Shown here: piece by piece, positions 25,240 through 34,373 of the stretch | Layout: each line of letters begins with the position of its first letter | Numbering within the stretch: the stretch's first letter is position 1 | Virus record (IMG/VR): IMGVR_UViG_3300025120_000246 | Span: 1 to 34,373 of that record | Source of the DNA: a virus | Lineage: Duplodnaviria; Caudoviricetes | DNA: 34,373 nt | Strand: one strand, 5' to 3' | The notes under the pieces: model-generated | What the model saw: only the letters and a program-made list of their open reading frames with translations | What the model was told of the DNA's origin: nothing | Database searches by the model: none | Program-made: the position numbers and the translations under genes

Positions 25240-27055
25240 CTGGTTGTATGTCGAAACGCTGAGTGCCTAATCTCCAAGAAGTACCTGAAGTATTGGAAAC
25301 AACATTTACTGTAAATTCTCTTCCTCTTCCCCTTAAACTTACAAATTCAGTAGTGTCACTAAAAGTTGTTGTTTTAGTTACACTCTGTGTGTTGTTTGGA
25401 TAATATTTAAATTCTAAGTCCATATTTAGAACACCTGATTGATTCTGTATATCAGGTATCAACTTTTGCACCATTAGTATATCATTACCTTCTCCTATTT
25501 CAACTGATCCAGATTTTACATAAGCAGTCATTGCTTGTCCGTCAGCATCGTTTCCTGTTTCATGTAAATACATTTGTGTTGCTCCTGCTGTAAGTCCTAA
25601 AATAGTTTCATTATTTGCAACAGTAGTGCCAGAATATTCTGAGCCAATAGGATTTTGATATACTTCTCTGTCTATCCAAGTAGTCCTTGATAAGGTGCCA
25701 GTCCACCAAGTTTGCTCTAAATAGTTATAAGCAACAACAGCATTTATTTGATTAGATCCTTCTCTAGGATAAAACCATAGTATTTCATTAAACTCACCGT
25801 TATGTCCTGCAAAAGCATTTTCTGCCCCTGTTTGATTAATATTATTAAAAATAAATTGTTCAACAGTGCATGGTAATTTTTTCACAGATCCATCAAAAAG
25901 ATAAAAAGAATCTTGAGACATCCAGTAACTCACACCATTTAAATCAACACCTGCGTGACTGCCCATAATTCCACAGTTTTGACCTAATTGTCTAAGACCA
26001 AAAGTAAAAGGTGGTCCAATAAACTGTAGTGAGTGAAGGGAGGTATCTGTCCACACTAATATTTGACCTCTTGAACGTTCAGCCGCCATGATCCGTGATC
26101 CGTCAGCAATACGTAGTGAACCAGCAGTATTCTCTGCTGTTGGCTGATAGTTGGTAATATTTTCTTGATCGGAGAATCTTATTAATAAATCATCTTGAGT
26201 AGTTGTATCGCCAATCGTGTTTTCTGTTCCCATGATCATTAAATGTCTGTCTGGAGTAGAAATTAAACTTAATCGTGAAGCAGTTGGAGCGTTAGTGATA
26301 GCAGTAGCTCTTGTGTTAAGTCCACTAGAAGTATCCCACTGAAAAGTACCGCCATTTAAAGCAGTAGCTATTAAATCTTCACCGAAGTTATCTAGAGACC
26401 ACTGCCTTGCCTCCAAAGTAACATTTGAGACTGTAGAAGGTGATCCCCATCCTCCAAAACCAAATTTATCTGTACCATATCCAAAGGCAAGCAGAGAAAA
26501 CTCAGGACCAGGATTTATTTGATAGTTGGCATTACCTGTTCCTCCACCAGCTGCTGTAGAACCAGAAGCAGTGCTAGTATGAGTAACTACGTAAGCAGCT
26601 GCATTGACAACAGAAGAAACTTCAAATTCTTTATTCATGTCTAATCCGTCTATTGCTGAGAATGAGTCAAATTTTACGAAACTACCAATTTCACAATCAT
26701 GGCCTGAATCCGTAACTACAATGGAAGTAGTTGCATTTGTTGTAAAAGGATTTGTTAAAGAAGTAGGGCCTCGTCTAATCGGTGTAATATCATAAGCCTC
26801 TCCTTCTTGAATAACATATAATTTTCTATCCGTTCCGACAGCATTATATCTTGTGCCGTCTAAGGATACCCAAGCGTGCTGATCCCTAGCTACTCCAACT
26901 ATAGTCTTAGCAATAAATTTCTCCCACCCTTGTATTTTTTGTGGCAATCCTTGAAAAAAGCGTACATTATCACCGTCTGTCCACTTACCTTCGCCTGTGT
27001 AGTCGGTAACTTCTTTATTAATACCGGGTGCTGGTCTAAAATTAACTAATGGCAT
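25226..27055 (-). CDS. Tail nozzle / P22 gp10-like DNA stabilisation protein
   Basis: 609-aa beta-propeller-like sequence (W.DGDNVRF, WSLDNFGEDL, IRFSDQE, YNYLEQTW, DIQPDGRR). Confidence 0.72.
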   Translation of the reverse strand: MPLVNFRPAPGINKEVTDYTGEGKWTDGDNVRFFQGLPQKIQGWEKFIAKTIVGVARDQHAWVSLDGTRYNAVGTDRKLYVIQEGEAYDITPIRRGPTSLTNPFTTNATTSIVVTDSGHDCEIGSFVKFDSFSAIDGLDMNKEFEVSSVVNAAAYVVTHTSTASGSTAAGGGTGNANYQINPGPEFSLLAFGYGTDKFGFGGWGSPSTVSNVTLEARQWSLDNFGEDLIATALNGGTFQWDTSSGLNTRATAITNAPTASRLSLISTPDRHLMIMGTENTIGDTTTQDDLLIRFSDQENITNYQPTAENTAGSLRIADGSRIMAAERSRGQILVWTDTSLHSLQFIGPPFTFGLRQLGQNCGIMGSHAGVDLNGVSYWMSQDSFYLFDGSVKKLPCTVEQFIFNNINQTGAENAFAGHNGEFNEILWFYPREGSNQINAVVAYNYLEQTWWTGTLSRTTWIDREVYQNPIGSEYSGTTVANNETILGLTAGATQMYLHETGNDADGQAMTAYVKSGSVEIGEGNDILMVQKLIPDIQNQSGVLNMDLEFKYYPNNTQSVTKTTTFSDTTEFVSLRGRGREFTVNVVSNTSGTSWRLGTQRFDIQPDGRR

Positions 27056-27101
27056 TTTGTCAATATACTACTTTTTTACCATAAATCTACAGTTCTTGTG
27101 C

Positions 27102-27614
27102 TTATCTAGGTTCGAAATTAAAAGCAATTGAAATTCTTTGATGATTTTCACTGTTGCAAGAACTTACAGAATGAGGGTATATACCAGGGAAAAAAATAAT
27201 CATCTTTTCTTGTGGAATTACAGAGGTTATATTTGTTCTAATTGTTGGCACCAAATGATGAAAATTTATCGTTGATTTGTCACAACATACTTTGTGGTAA
27301 TAAACTGCTGACCATGCTTCAAAATTAGGACTTTCATGTATATGAGAAACATTAGAAGATTTACCATCATTAATATTTAACCAAAAAGAATTTAACATAC
27401 AATTAATATTAACTGATTCTAGACTTTCTACTAAAAACTGTGTTAAATCATTAAAGCCAAAATCTATAAGATTACTCTGATAGCCTCCTCGATTACTTAA
27501 AGATACTCCTTTATCGAAAGACAATAACTTATCAATATCTCTTTGAATTAAAGATATATCTCCAAGATATTCTGTTAAAAAACAAGAATCCTTGCTAAGT
27601 ATTTTTTCAATCAT
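27102..27614 (-). CDS. 2OG-Fe(II) oxygenase (TIGR02466-like)
   Basis: SNRGGYQS, WLNIN, HIH, FFPGIYPHSV, RISIAFN. Confidence 0.87.
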   Translation of the reverse strand: MIEKILSKDSCFLTEYLGDISLIQRDIDKLLSFDKGVSLSNRGGYQSNLIDFGFNDLTQFLVESLESVNINCMLNSFWLNINDGKSSNVSHIHESPNFEAWSAVYYHKVCCDKSTINFHHLVPTIRTNITSVIPQEKMIIFFPGIYPHSVSSCNSENHQRISIAFNFEPR

Positions 27615-28173
27615 TTACTTGATTAGAAAAATTAAAAGATGCAGTAATTCTATCATTTTCACAATTACTTACAGAATGATAAAGCCACGAAGGGAATAAT
27701 ATAAGAGATCCTTTTTTTTCGTTTATTTGTTGATCTTCAACAAACTCAAATGGTCTAGTTTTACTTTCTACTAATTCTGTTTTTGAAAAACATAAATTGC
27801 CGTTACCTGGTTTGATAATAAGGACTCCACAAAAATCTGCAAATCCATGAGTGTGTAATTTAGTTAAATCATTTTTTTGATAAAAGTTAATCCAAGCGTC
27901 ATTTGTTATCCAATTATTATATTTCCAATTCTCGTTTTTACCTATCTCGGTGAGAATGCTTTGACAAATATAATCACATAAACTTCTTAATTCTTCATAT
28001 TCTTTTAGTCCATCCCAGCCTGATGTAAGTGCTTTGACATTTGCTAAATTTTTTTTCCATTTATCTTTATCTACAAGAACTTTTTTTTCTAATGTATCGC
28101 AGAAATCTTCATTTATTTGTAGATGAAAAACATTAGTTGGAAACCAATTTTCTTTTTTTATATCGACGTTCAT
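27607..28173 (-). CDS. 2OG-Fe(II) oxygenase (TIGR02466-like)
   Basis: WINFY, LHTH, LFPSWLYHSV, RITASFN. Confidence 0.87.
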   Translation of the reverse strand: MNVDIKKENWFPTNVFHLQINEDFCDTLEKKVLVDKDKWKKNLANVKALTSGWDGLKEYEELRSLCDYICQSILTEIGKNENWKYNNWITNDAWINFYQKNDLTKLHTHGFADFCGVLIIKPGNGNLCFSKTELVESKTRPFEFVEDQQINEKKGSLILFPSWLYHSVSNCENDRITASFNFSNQVND

Positions 28174-28973
28174 TAATCTTTCTTATTAAATAAAGATCCC
28201 ACATGCCCTTTAAATGATCTATTTCCAAAATGACTTAGAGGCATAGCTATATCAGCCCATATATCTCCTCCACATTCTTGCCAAAGTCTAGAAAAATAAT
28301 AATCTTCTGATAAATATCTTTTTACACCATTAGTTTCATATACCCCCGCACAAAATAAATCGTAACAGTTATCAGAGCTATAAGATTTACCATTGACAAT
28401 TTGATCAGATACATATTTTCGTTCTGGGAATTTCTTCATCATTGTTCGTAACACTTCTCTTTTGACAAGCATCATTCCTGTAGCTGCCTCCTGAATCTTA
28501 CAAAAACCATTGTCCATCCTTACATTCATAGGATCATCAAAATTTAAATTATAGCCTAAAGATCTTACTTCTATTTCTTCAGCAGTGGCTTCAGGGTGCT
28601 CTTTTAATATCTTAGGTATTCTTTCAAAATGAATATGCTTTCTTGGATAGATTCCACATGTAATATCTTTATCAAAACAAAGCATACGTTCTATATTCTC
28701 AACTTTAAAACCTATATCAGAATCAATAAATAGTAAATGTGTGGCAATAAAATCTGTTTGATCCATCATCATAGAAACACAAGTATTTCTAGCTCTAGTA
28801 ATTAAACTCTCATTTCCCATAGACTGTATACGCAGTCCTACGCCTTTTTCCATAGACCACTGCTGTAAGGACAATAAACCATGCATTGTATTTTCTGTAA
28901 GCATCCCACCATACATTGGCATTCCTAAAAATATTTTATAGTTCTTGTCTTTAAGTTCTTCTGGTTTAAGCAT
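28173..28973 (-). CDS. GT-A fold glycosyltransferase
   Basis: PMYGG, ESLITRARN, LLFIDSDI (DxD), ATGMMLVKR, YLSEDYYF. Confidence 0.82.
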   Translation of the reverse strand: MLKPEELKDKNYKIFLGMPMYGGMLTENTMHGLLSLQQWSMEKGVGLRIQSMGNESLITRARNTCVSMMMDQTDFIATHLLFIDSDIGFKVENIERMLCFDKDITCGIYPRKHIHFERIPKILKEHPEATAEEIEVRSLGYNLNFDDPMNVRMDNGFCKIQEAATGMMLVKREVLRTMMKKFPERKYVSDQIVNGKSYSSDNCYDLFCAGVYETNGVKRYLSEDYYFSRLWQECGGDIWADIAMPLSHFGNRSFKGHVGSLFNKKD

Positions 28974-29452
28974 TATTTTCTCCTTGTTTTGATAGCTAGT
29001 GTCATTCTAAAATCGTTAATATTTATATTTGGTAAGGCTCTATGAAAAATCTTAGCGTTAAAAATTATGGCTCTATTATACAAAGGATAGATACATAAAG
29101 AAGTATTGTTTTCTAATAACAATTCTGTTGCTCCTCCACTTTTTACTGTCCAATTTTTATTTAACCCTATTAAATAAGTTTCATCTCCATCATCCTGATG
29201 AAAATCACCATGCTGGCTATAAGTCTGTCCGTTAATATAAATTCTTGTAACTTGATTATTGATAATTTTATCTAAGTTTTTAGCTTCTTCAGAATCATCA
29301 ATATTTAAATGCCAAAACCAACTATCATTTTCTTCATCATTAGATTGTCCTTTTCTCCATTGACTGGATAGAGCTTTATTATAAATACTATCTATTAAAT
29401 TTTGAGGTAAGAAATTATCTGTGTATCTAATTTGCTCATTTATTACGTTCAT
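28973..29452 (-). CDS. 2OG-Fe(II) oxygenase
   Basis: RIYINGQT...FHQD...GGAT...IFHRA...RMTLA. Confidence 0.85.
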   Translation of the reverse strand: MNVINEQIRYTDNFLPQNLIDSIYNKALSSQWRKGQSNDEENDSWFWHLNIDDSEEAKNLDKIINNQVTRIYINGQTYSQHGDFHQDDGDETYLIGLNKNWTVKSGGATELLLENNTSLCIYPLYNRAIIFNAKIFHRALPNININDFRMTLAIKTRRK

Positions 29453-30057
29453 TATTTTTTGTAAGCAATGTTTTTTCTTTGATCATATTTATATTCAGGA
29501 TAATGAGGTCCTTCTTCATCTATAAAATGTAAAAAAGCTTGTGCACAATGATCTCCGCTAAACTTATTTCTCCAATGAACTAATTTTTCTCCCATATAAA
29601 CAACTCCATCTCCTGGTTGTATTGTTATTTCTTTTTTTAAAGAGTATCCGTCATCAAGATTTTTATCTTCATTGTTGAAATCACCAAAATATATAGGCCA
29701 AGGATCTCCTCCAAAGTTAACTGTGACAGAGTATTCACATGAGGGTCTGTCACTATGGGGTTTTAAAATCTCTCCTTTTGTATACAGTCTAGTATAGGTA
29801 TATGTCGGACAAAGTTTTTTACTTGTAACTTCACTAAGTTTGTCTACTACAAAACTAGAAAGACATTCAGTAACAACATCACCATAACAATACCTTAAAT
29901 ATTTTTCTTGTTCGTCATCTTGATTATTAGAAAAACTTTGATTAGTACAAGCTTTTAATACTAGATAATTATATATAAAAGTTGTTAATTCCTTTGAAAC
30001 TAAATTAGGAACATAAACATAACTATTTTCATTAAAATATGTCTTTAGGTTGTCCAT
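29452..30057 (-). CDS. 2OG-Fe(II) oxygenase
   Basis: PTYTYTRLY..G..L.PHSDRPSCEYS...PGDGVVY.G...HWR...QAFLH. Confidence 0.85.
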   Translation of the reverse strand: MDNLKTYFNENSYVYVPNLVSKELTTFIYNYLVLKACTNQSFSNNQDDEQEKYLRYCYGDVVTECLSSFVVDKLSEVTSKKLCPTYTYTRLYTKGEILKPHSDRPSCEYSVTVNFGGDPWPIYFGDFNNEDKNLDDGYSLKKEITIQPGDGVVYMGEKLVHWRNKFSGDHCAQAFLHFIDEEGPHYPEYKYDQRKNIAYKK

Positions 30058-30620
30058 ATTACTAATACCTTTCTATTTCCTGATTCTACTGGAGCTACTT
30101 TATGTGGAAACATAAAGTTAGAAGGAAACATAAGGCACTCTCCTTTATCAAGCTTTATACCCTCTTCATCATTTCCTACTAAAAGTTTTCCGCCTTCCCA
30201 CTCATCTTTAGAATTAACACCAATAAGCATAGTTAAAACTCTAGGCTCTAATTTGTAGTGATCTGTGTGATATTCATAATGTCCTTTGACTTTTCCATCA
30301 TAAGATAAAAAATTAAAGGTAGATTCTGAACCAAAGTACCAGGGAGATACTTTATCAATATAAATATCCTGTAATTTATTTTTTAATATAGATAGTTCAT
30401 TAAATAAAATTCTTTTTGAAATGGTGTCAACATCTTCTTCTTTAAAAGGTTTTTGCCTGACATGCCTGACTCTTAAATCTGGACCTGCAAAAGTTCCACC
30501 ATGTCCCCATTCTTCTTTATCATAGAACATAACTTCTTCCATAAGTCTACACTGAGAATTAGACAGTATATCCTTGACATGGAGGCAATACTCCATGATG
30601 TCCTTTTTTAAATTAAGCAC
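30045..30620 (-). CDS. Prolyl-4-hydroxylase-like 2OG-Fe(II) oxygenase
   Basis: YHTD...WEGGKL...FPSNFMFPHKVAPVESGNRKVLVIW. Confidence 0.87.
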   Translation of the reverse strand: MLNLKKDIMEYCLHVKDILSNSQCRLMEEVMFYDKEEWGHGGTFAGPDLRVRHVRQKPFKEEDVDTISKRILFNELSILKNKLQDIYIDKVSPWYFGSESTFNFLSYDGKVKGHYEYHTDHYKLEPRVLTMLIGVNSKDEWEGGKLLVGNDEEGIKLDKGECLMFPSNFMFPHKVAPVESGNRKVLVIWTT

Positions 30621-31086
30621 CTAAGATATTATTTTTTGCTGTGGTTGCTGCAGATTGAGCTGCGGTTTGAGCTGAATTAACATCAGCTTCATATGTTTCT
30701 GAACTTACATCTAAATTCGCAAGAGCATTATCATATTCTGTTTGGTAAGTTGCGTAATAAGTTTTTTCACCATTCCATCTAGTAATCATAGTATTTGCCC
30801 AAGAAGGTATATCGGATGCACTCGATAACACTAAATTTTGTTCAGTTCCAGTATACTCTAATTCACCAGTACCACTTGCTGCATTGAATTGAAGTGCATG
30901 AATATTAGTAGGAACAATATCACTTGCATTTAAGTTCATGTAGCCTACTCCATCAATTATGACATCACACTCTGTGTTGCCTGAATAAGCTCTTGGTCCA
31001 TCATTAGGATTATTAGCATTAATACCAGCATCATTAATAATGGTTATTTGATTATTTGCTGTTACGTTGTTTATTGTTATTGGCAT
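30613..31086 (-). CDS. Putative tail-fibre assembly/accessory protein
   Basis: Position after the fibres; IHALQF...GELEY motif. Confidence 0.5.
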   Translation of the reverse strand: MPITINNVTANNQITIINDAGINANNPNDGPRAYSGNTECDVIIDGVGYMNLNASDIVPTNIHALQFNAASGTGELEYTGTEQNLVLSSASDIPSWANTMITRWNGEKTYYATYQTEYDNALANLDVSSETYEADVNSAQTAAQSAATTAKNNILGA

Positions 31087-31519
31087 TTTTGGTTACCTTT
31101 TTTTTACCTTTCTTCTTTTTATCAAGTTTTTTGTTTGAAAGCAAGTTGATATCTTCAGGAACTTCTTCTCCATCTTCAAGGTTTTCTTGAGCATTTCCTA
31201 TAGATCCCCAAATACTGCCTACATCTTTTATCTTTGGATTTTCTTTTTCTTGAGCCATTTTAGGTAACATTGAAAGAGTTACCATATTAGCCTTAACCAT
31301 TTCATTTCTAAAAGATTCTACAGCAGCACTAGTTTGAACTTGTTTGCCTGTATTCTCTACTAAAAGTAATGGAATCCAAGCTATAGAACATCCCCATTCT
31401 TGAACATTTTGACCTGTTTGAGGATTTTTTCCTTGAAGCATATTATACCAAATACATTGGTGTTTAATGCATTTCTTGTTTAAAAGAGGGCACTTTCCGT
31501 CAGGATCAAATATTGGCAT
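31052..31519 (-). CDS. Cys-rich fibre-associated protein (possible chaperone)
   Basis: CPLLNKKC...C.WY...WGCSIAW.P.LLVEN...AAVESFRNEMV. Confidence 0.6.
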   Translation of the reverse strand: MPIFDPDGKCPLLNKKCIKHQCIWYNMLQGKNPQTGQNVQEWGCSIAWIPLLLVENTGKQVQTSAAVESFRNEMVKANMVTLSMLPKMAQEKENPKIKDVGSIWGSIGNAQENLEDGEEVPEDINLLSNKKLDKKKKGKKKVTKNANNNKQRNSK

Positions 31520-31539
31520 TTCTGTTTGTTAAATTATCA

Positions 31540-32577
31540 CTAATCTTTAGAACATGCAATTACATTTGCAAATTTTACGTTCATGTTTGGAACTGACAAT
31601 GATGTTGTTGCTGATGCATTACCACCTAGTGCAACACTACCGCTTAAAGGGTGAGTGTGACTACCACCTCCACCTGTAGTGCCTGTACTGCCGTTTGTAA
31701 CATTTTGAGAACCAACAGCAGCTGGATTAAAATAATTATTTGGACCAATAGGTGAACTATGTGTGTGAGAAGGTAATTGTGGGTTTGAAACTGTAGCAGC
31801 TCCCATACTAAAATTACCTGAGCCTGAAGCAGAACTTAAATCATTAAAAAGAATATCACCAGTTTCGGTAGTTCTACTTCCAGCAAATGTTGTACCAAAT
31901 GCATCTGAACCCCCTACTGCTCCACCCGTTCCAGTTACAACTCTCATTGTTGTGGTGTTTATAGAAGCGTCTGTATTTTGTGTCCAACCAGAAGGTGCGG
32001 AACCTTGAAAAAATAATGCAGTTGTCCCAGTAGGAATACTCGATACTCCAGTTAATGTAGAGCCATTACCAGAATAAGATGTTGCATTTATAGTTCCGTT
32101 AGCAGATGTGAATACTGTACCATTAACAGTTAATGAATTTTTTACACTAAATGTACCCAAAGAATTTGCAAAAAGATCAACCATTGCATCACCTTTATTG
32201 TACATAATGGTGTGAGCACCTTGAACTACAGCAACTCCGTTTGATGCATGACCTGTTGGTGCTACAGTCAAAGTTTGAGATCCTGTAGTATTGTTAAAAA
32301 ATATGTAGTTAGATTCAACGGCAGGAACAAAAACTTTAATATCGCCTGTCAAAGCTCCTGTAAATTCAATTACTTTATTAGATGATTCAGCATTAGGGTC
32401 AGCATTATTTGTTGTAAGGGTAACATCAGCAGAACCAGCAACACTCTTTGATAAATATCCAGCAGTAAAAGCGTCTACTACCTCTAAATTATTATTTGTA
32501 TTTTCTCCCCAAGTGTTTGCGTTAGCTCCTGTTGCTTGAAGTTCTAGTTTATATCTATCTGAATATGTTGATGCCAT
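31540..32577 (-). CDS. Tail fibre protein (paralog 3)
   Basis: MASTYSDR N-terminus, tail-collar-like APSGW, paired SHTH metal motifs. Confidence 0.8.
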   Translation of the reverse strand: MASTYSDRYKLELQATGANANTWGENTNNNLEVVDAFTAGYLSKSVAGSADVTLTTNNADPNAESSNKVIEFTGALTGDIKVFVPAVESNYIFFNNTTGSQTLTVAPTGHASNGVAVVQGAHTIMYNKGDAMVDLFANSLGTFSVKNSLTVNGTVFTSANGTINATSYSGNGSTLTGVSSIPTGTTALFFQGSAPSGWTQNTDASINTTTMRVVTGTGGAVGGSDAFGTTFAGSRTTETGDILFNDLSSASGSGNFSMGAATVSNPQLPSHTHSSPIGPNNYFNPAAVGSQNVTNGSTGTTGGGGSHTHPLSGSVALGGNASATTSLSVPNMNVKFANVIACSKD

Positions 32578-32580
32578 TTT

Positions 32581-33642
32581 TTAATCCTTTGTCGCTATTA
32601 TACTGTCTGCAAATTTTAAGTCCATTGCAGGAACAGAACTTGATATAGGTGTTGCTAAACTACCAGAAATTGGAGGGTTACTAACACTGTGTGAGTGACT
32701 ACCGCCTCCACCTGAACTAGAAGTGCTTTCAGAAGCAGTGAAAGGTCCTAAAAGAAAAGTATCGGTAGGAGGAGAAACAAGCGACATTCTAGCTTGAGGA
32801 GCTGATCCACCTGAGTTTTTATTAGTGTGTGAGTGACTTGGAATTGTAGGATTACTTAATGAAGTATTACCTACACTGTAATTACTACTTAGAGCTAGGT
32901 TAGAGGTGCTTAACGGCACGTCTGTGCCTGTGGCTGTTTTTGAACCACTGAAAACTGTTGAAAAAGTATCTGCACCACCTGTTGCACCACCTGTTCCGTT
33001 AACAACCTGTAAACAGCACTCAGATAAAGTAGAGTTTGTGTTTGTTGTAAAACCAGTAGGAGCAGCTGTTTGCACAAACATTGCTTCTGTACCTGATGGA
33101 AATTCTGCTACTCCTGTAAGCCCTGCTCCATCTCCTTTGTATGTTGTAGCATTAACAACACCATTTGAATTTAATTGAATATTAGTGCCAATTTTTAATT
33201 GATTAATTACACGAACATTGCCCAAGGTACTAGCAAACAAATCAACAATTCTATCCCCTTTACAATATTGAACTGTGTGTGCTCCTTGTGATATTGCAAC
33301 TCCATTAGCAGCGTGTCCTGTTGGAGCTACTGTTAATGTAAAAGAACCTGATGTATTGTTAAAAAATATGTAATTATTTTCTACTGCGGGTACAAAAACT
33401 TTAATATTTCCCGTTAATGCTCCTGTAAATTCAATTACTTTATTAGATGATTCAGCACTAGGATCTCTGTTAGCTGTGGTCAATGTTACGTCAGCAGAAC
33501 CAGCAACACTCTTTGCTAAATAACCTGCATTAAAAGCATCTACTACATCTAAATTTGAATTTGTGACATTACCCCAAGAATCTACATTTGCTCCTGTAGC
33601 CATTAATTCAAGTTTTAATCTATCTGAATACGTACTTGCCAT
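32581..33642 (-). CDS. Tail fibre protein (paralog 2)
   Basis: Same architecture: APTGF, SHSH...GGGGSHSH. Confidence 0.8.
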   Translation of the reverse strand: MASTYSDRLKLELMATGANVDSWGNVTNSNLDVVDAFNAGYLAKSVAGSADVTLTTANRDPSAESSNKVIEFTGALTGNIKVFVPAVENNYIFFNNTSGSFTLTVAPTGHAANGVAISQGAHTVQYCKGDRIVDLFASTLGNVRVINQLKIGTNIQLNSNGVVNATTYKGDGAGLTGVAEFPSGTEAMFVQTAAPTGFTTNTNSTLSECCLQVVNGTGGATGGADTFSTVFSGSKTATGTDVPLSTSNLALSSNYSVGNTSLSNPTIPSHSHTNKNSGGSAPQARMSLVSPPTDTFLLGPFTASESTSSSGGGGSHSHSVSNPPISGSLATPISSSVPAMDLKFADSIIATKD

Positions 33643-34371
33643 TTAACTATCCTTACTACAAACTATTACGTTTGCAAATTTTACATCCATGTTTGGAACA
33701 CTTAAACTAACAGCAGGTGCTGCTATAGTTCCTGATACTGAAGCACTTCCTGAAACAGGGTGAGTGTGACTAGAGTTGCCTCCAGAACTACCTGTTGTAA
33801 CAGGCCAAAAACCTATTCTTGTTCCAGCAGATCCTGGACCTGATGGAAATCTTCTATAGGGTTGATTGTTTCTGTTTTGTTGTATTGGAGAAACACTATG
33901 AGTGTGAGAAGCCATTTGTGGATTACTTAAAGAGGTACCAGCTACTCCTAAATCTCCAACTGTCAAAGGTGAGATACTTGCACTTGCAGTTCCAGAAGTA
34001 GTCGTTGATGCAAATACTGTTTGAAAAGCATCTGATCCACCTGTGCCTGCTGTGCCTGTCGTAATAACTCTTAAAGTAGCATTAGCTAAAGTTGAAGCTG
34101 TGTTTTGTGTCCAACCTGTAGGAGCTGCCGATTGTAAAAAAACCATTTGTGTTCCAGGATCAACAGTTACAACACCACTCAAGTCTGCTCCACTACCTGT
34201 AAAACTTGTTGCTGTTAATTGACCATTAGCTTGAACTTTTACTGTATTAGCAACGTTTACTAAATTTTTAACGCTTACTGTTCCTAGTGAATCAGCAAAA
34301 AGATCAATGATCCTATCTCCTTTACAATATTGAATTGTATGTGCCCCTTGTACAATAGCTACACCGTTAGA
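33643..34371 (-). CDS. Tail fibre protein (paralog 1), 5'-truncated by window end
   Basis: Frame stays open beyond the tracked start at 34182 to the window edge (SNGVAIVQGAHTIQYCKGDR...), matching the other two paralogs. Confidence 0.8.
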   Translation of the reverse strand, partial: SNGVAIVQGAHTIQYCKGDRIIDLFADSLGTVSVKNLVNVANTVKVQANGQLTATSFTGSGADLSGVVTVDPGTQMVFLQSAAPTGWTQNTASTLANATLRVITTGTAGTGGSDAFQTVFASTTTSGTASASISPLTVGDLGVAGTSLSNPQMASHTHSVSPIQQNRNNQPYRRFPSGPGSAGTRIGFWPVTTGSSGGNSSHTHPVSGSASVSGTIAAPAVSLSVPNMDVKFANVIVCSKDS

Positions 34372-34373
34372 GG

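Noticed and set aside
15139-33178. Many plus-strand ORFs antisense to late genes (e.g. 15139, 17682, 20309, 21524, 23065, 32906)
   Set aside because: Shadow frames of well-supported minus-strand genes, with no initiation signals or motifs.
31540-34371. Diversity-generating retroelement or invertase shufflon acting on the fibres
   Set aside because: No reverse transcriptase or recombinase in the window, no adenine-specific TR/VR pair, and all copies are co-oriented.

Overview
AT-rich dsDNA tailed-phage genome segment, most likely a marine podovirus of the pelagiphage/uvMED type with an Alphaproteobacterial host (inferred from gene content and style). 1-2.2 kb: small early genes, a 33-nt poly-T and a ~33-bp tandem repeat. 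2.2-5.3 kb (minus): PD-(D/E)XK nuclease, SAM methyltransferase, SNF2 helicase. 5.3-13.9 kb (plus): replication module with SSB-like protein, AEP primase, N4/N6 DNA methylase, UvrD-like helicase, family A DNA polymerase (Leu at the E. coli 762 position) and DUF3310. 13.9-34.4 kb (minus): late module with at least three paralogous tail-fibre genes, seven 2OG-Fe(II)/JmjC oxygenases plus a glycosyltransferase, a P22 gp10-like protein, five putative ejection proteins and a T4-type lysozyme. Most striking observations: (1) one ejection protein starts with five copies of its own C-terminal DPxSVVRD motif; (2) an AxGG/KGG motif is shared across ejection proteins next to a stand-alone tape-measure-type domain; (3) a hydroxylase/glycosyltransferase array sits beside fibres with Pro-rich variable tips; (4) a hairpin displays an anti-Shine-Dalgarno loop while many genes look leaderless or coupled; (5) several micro-ORFs are missing from the ORF track. 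All family calls come from motif recognition by eye, not database searches.
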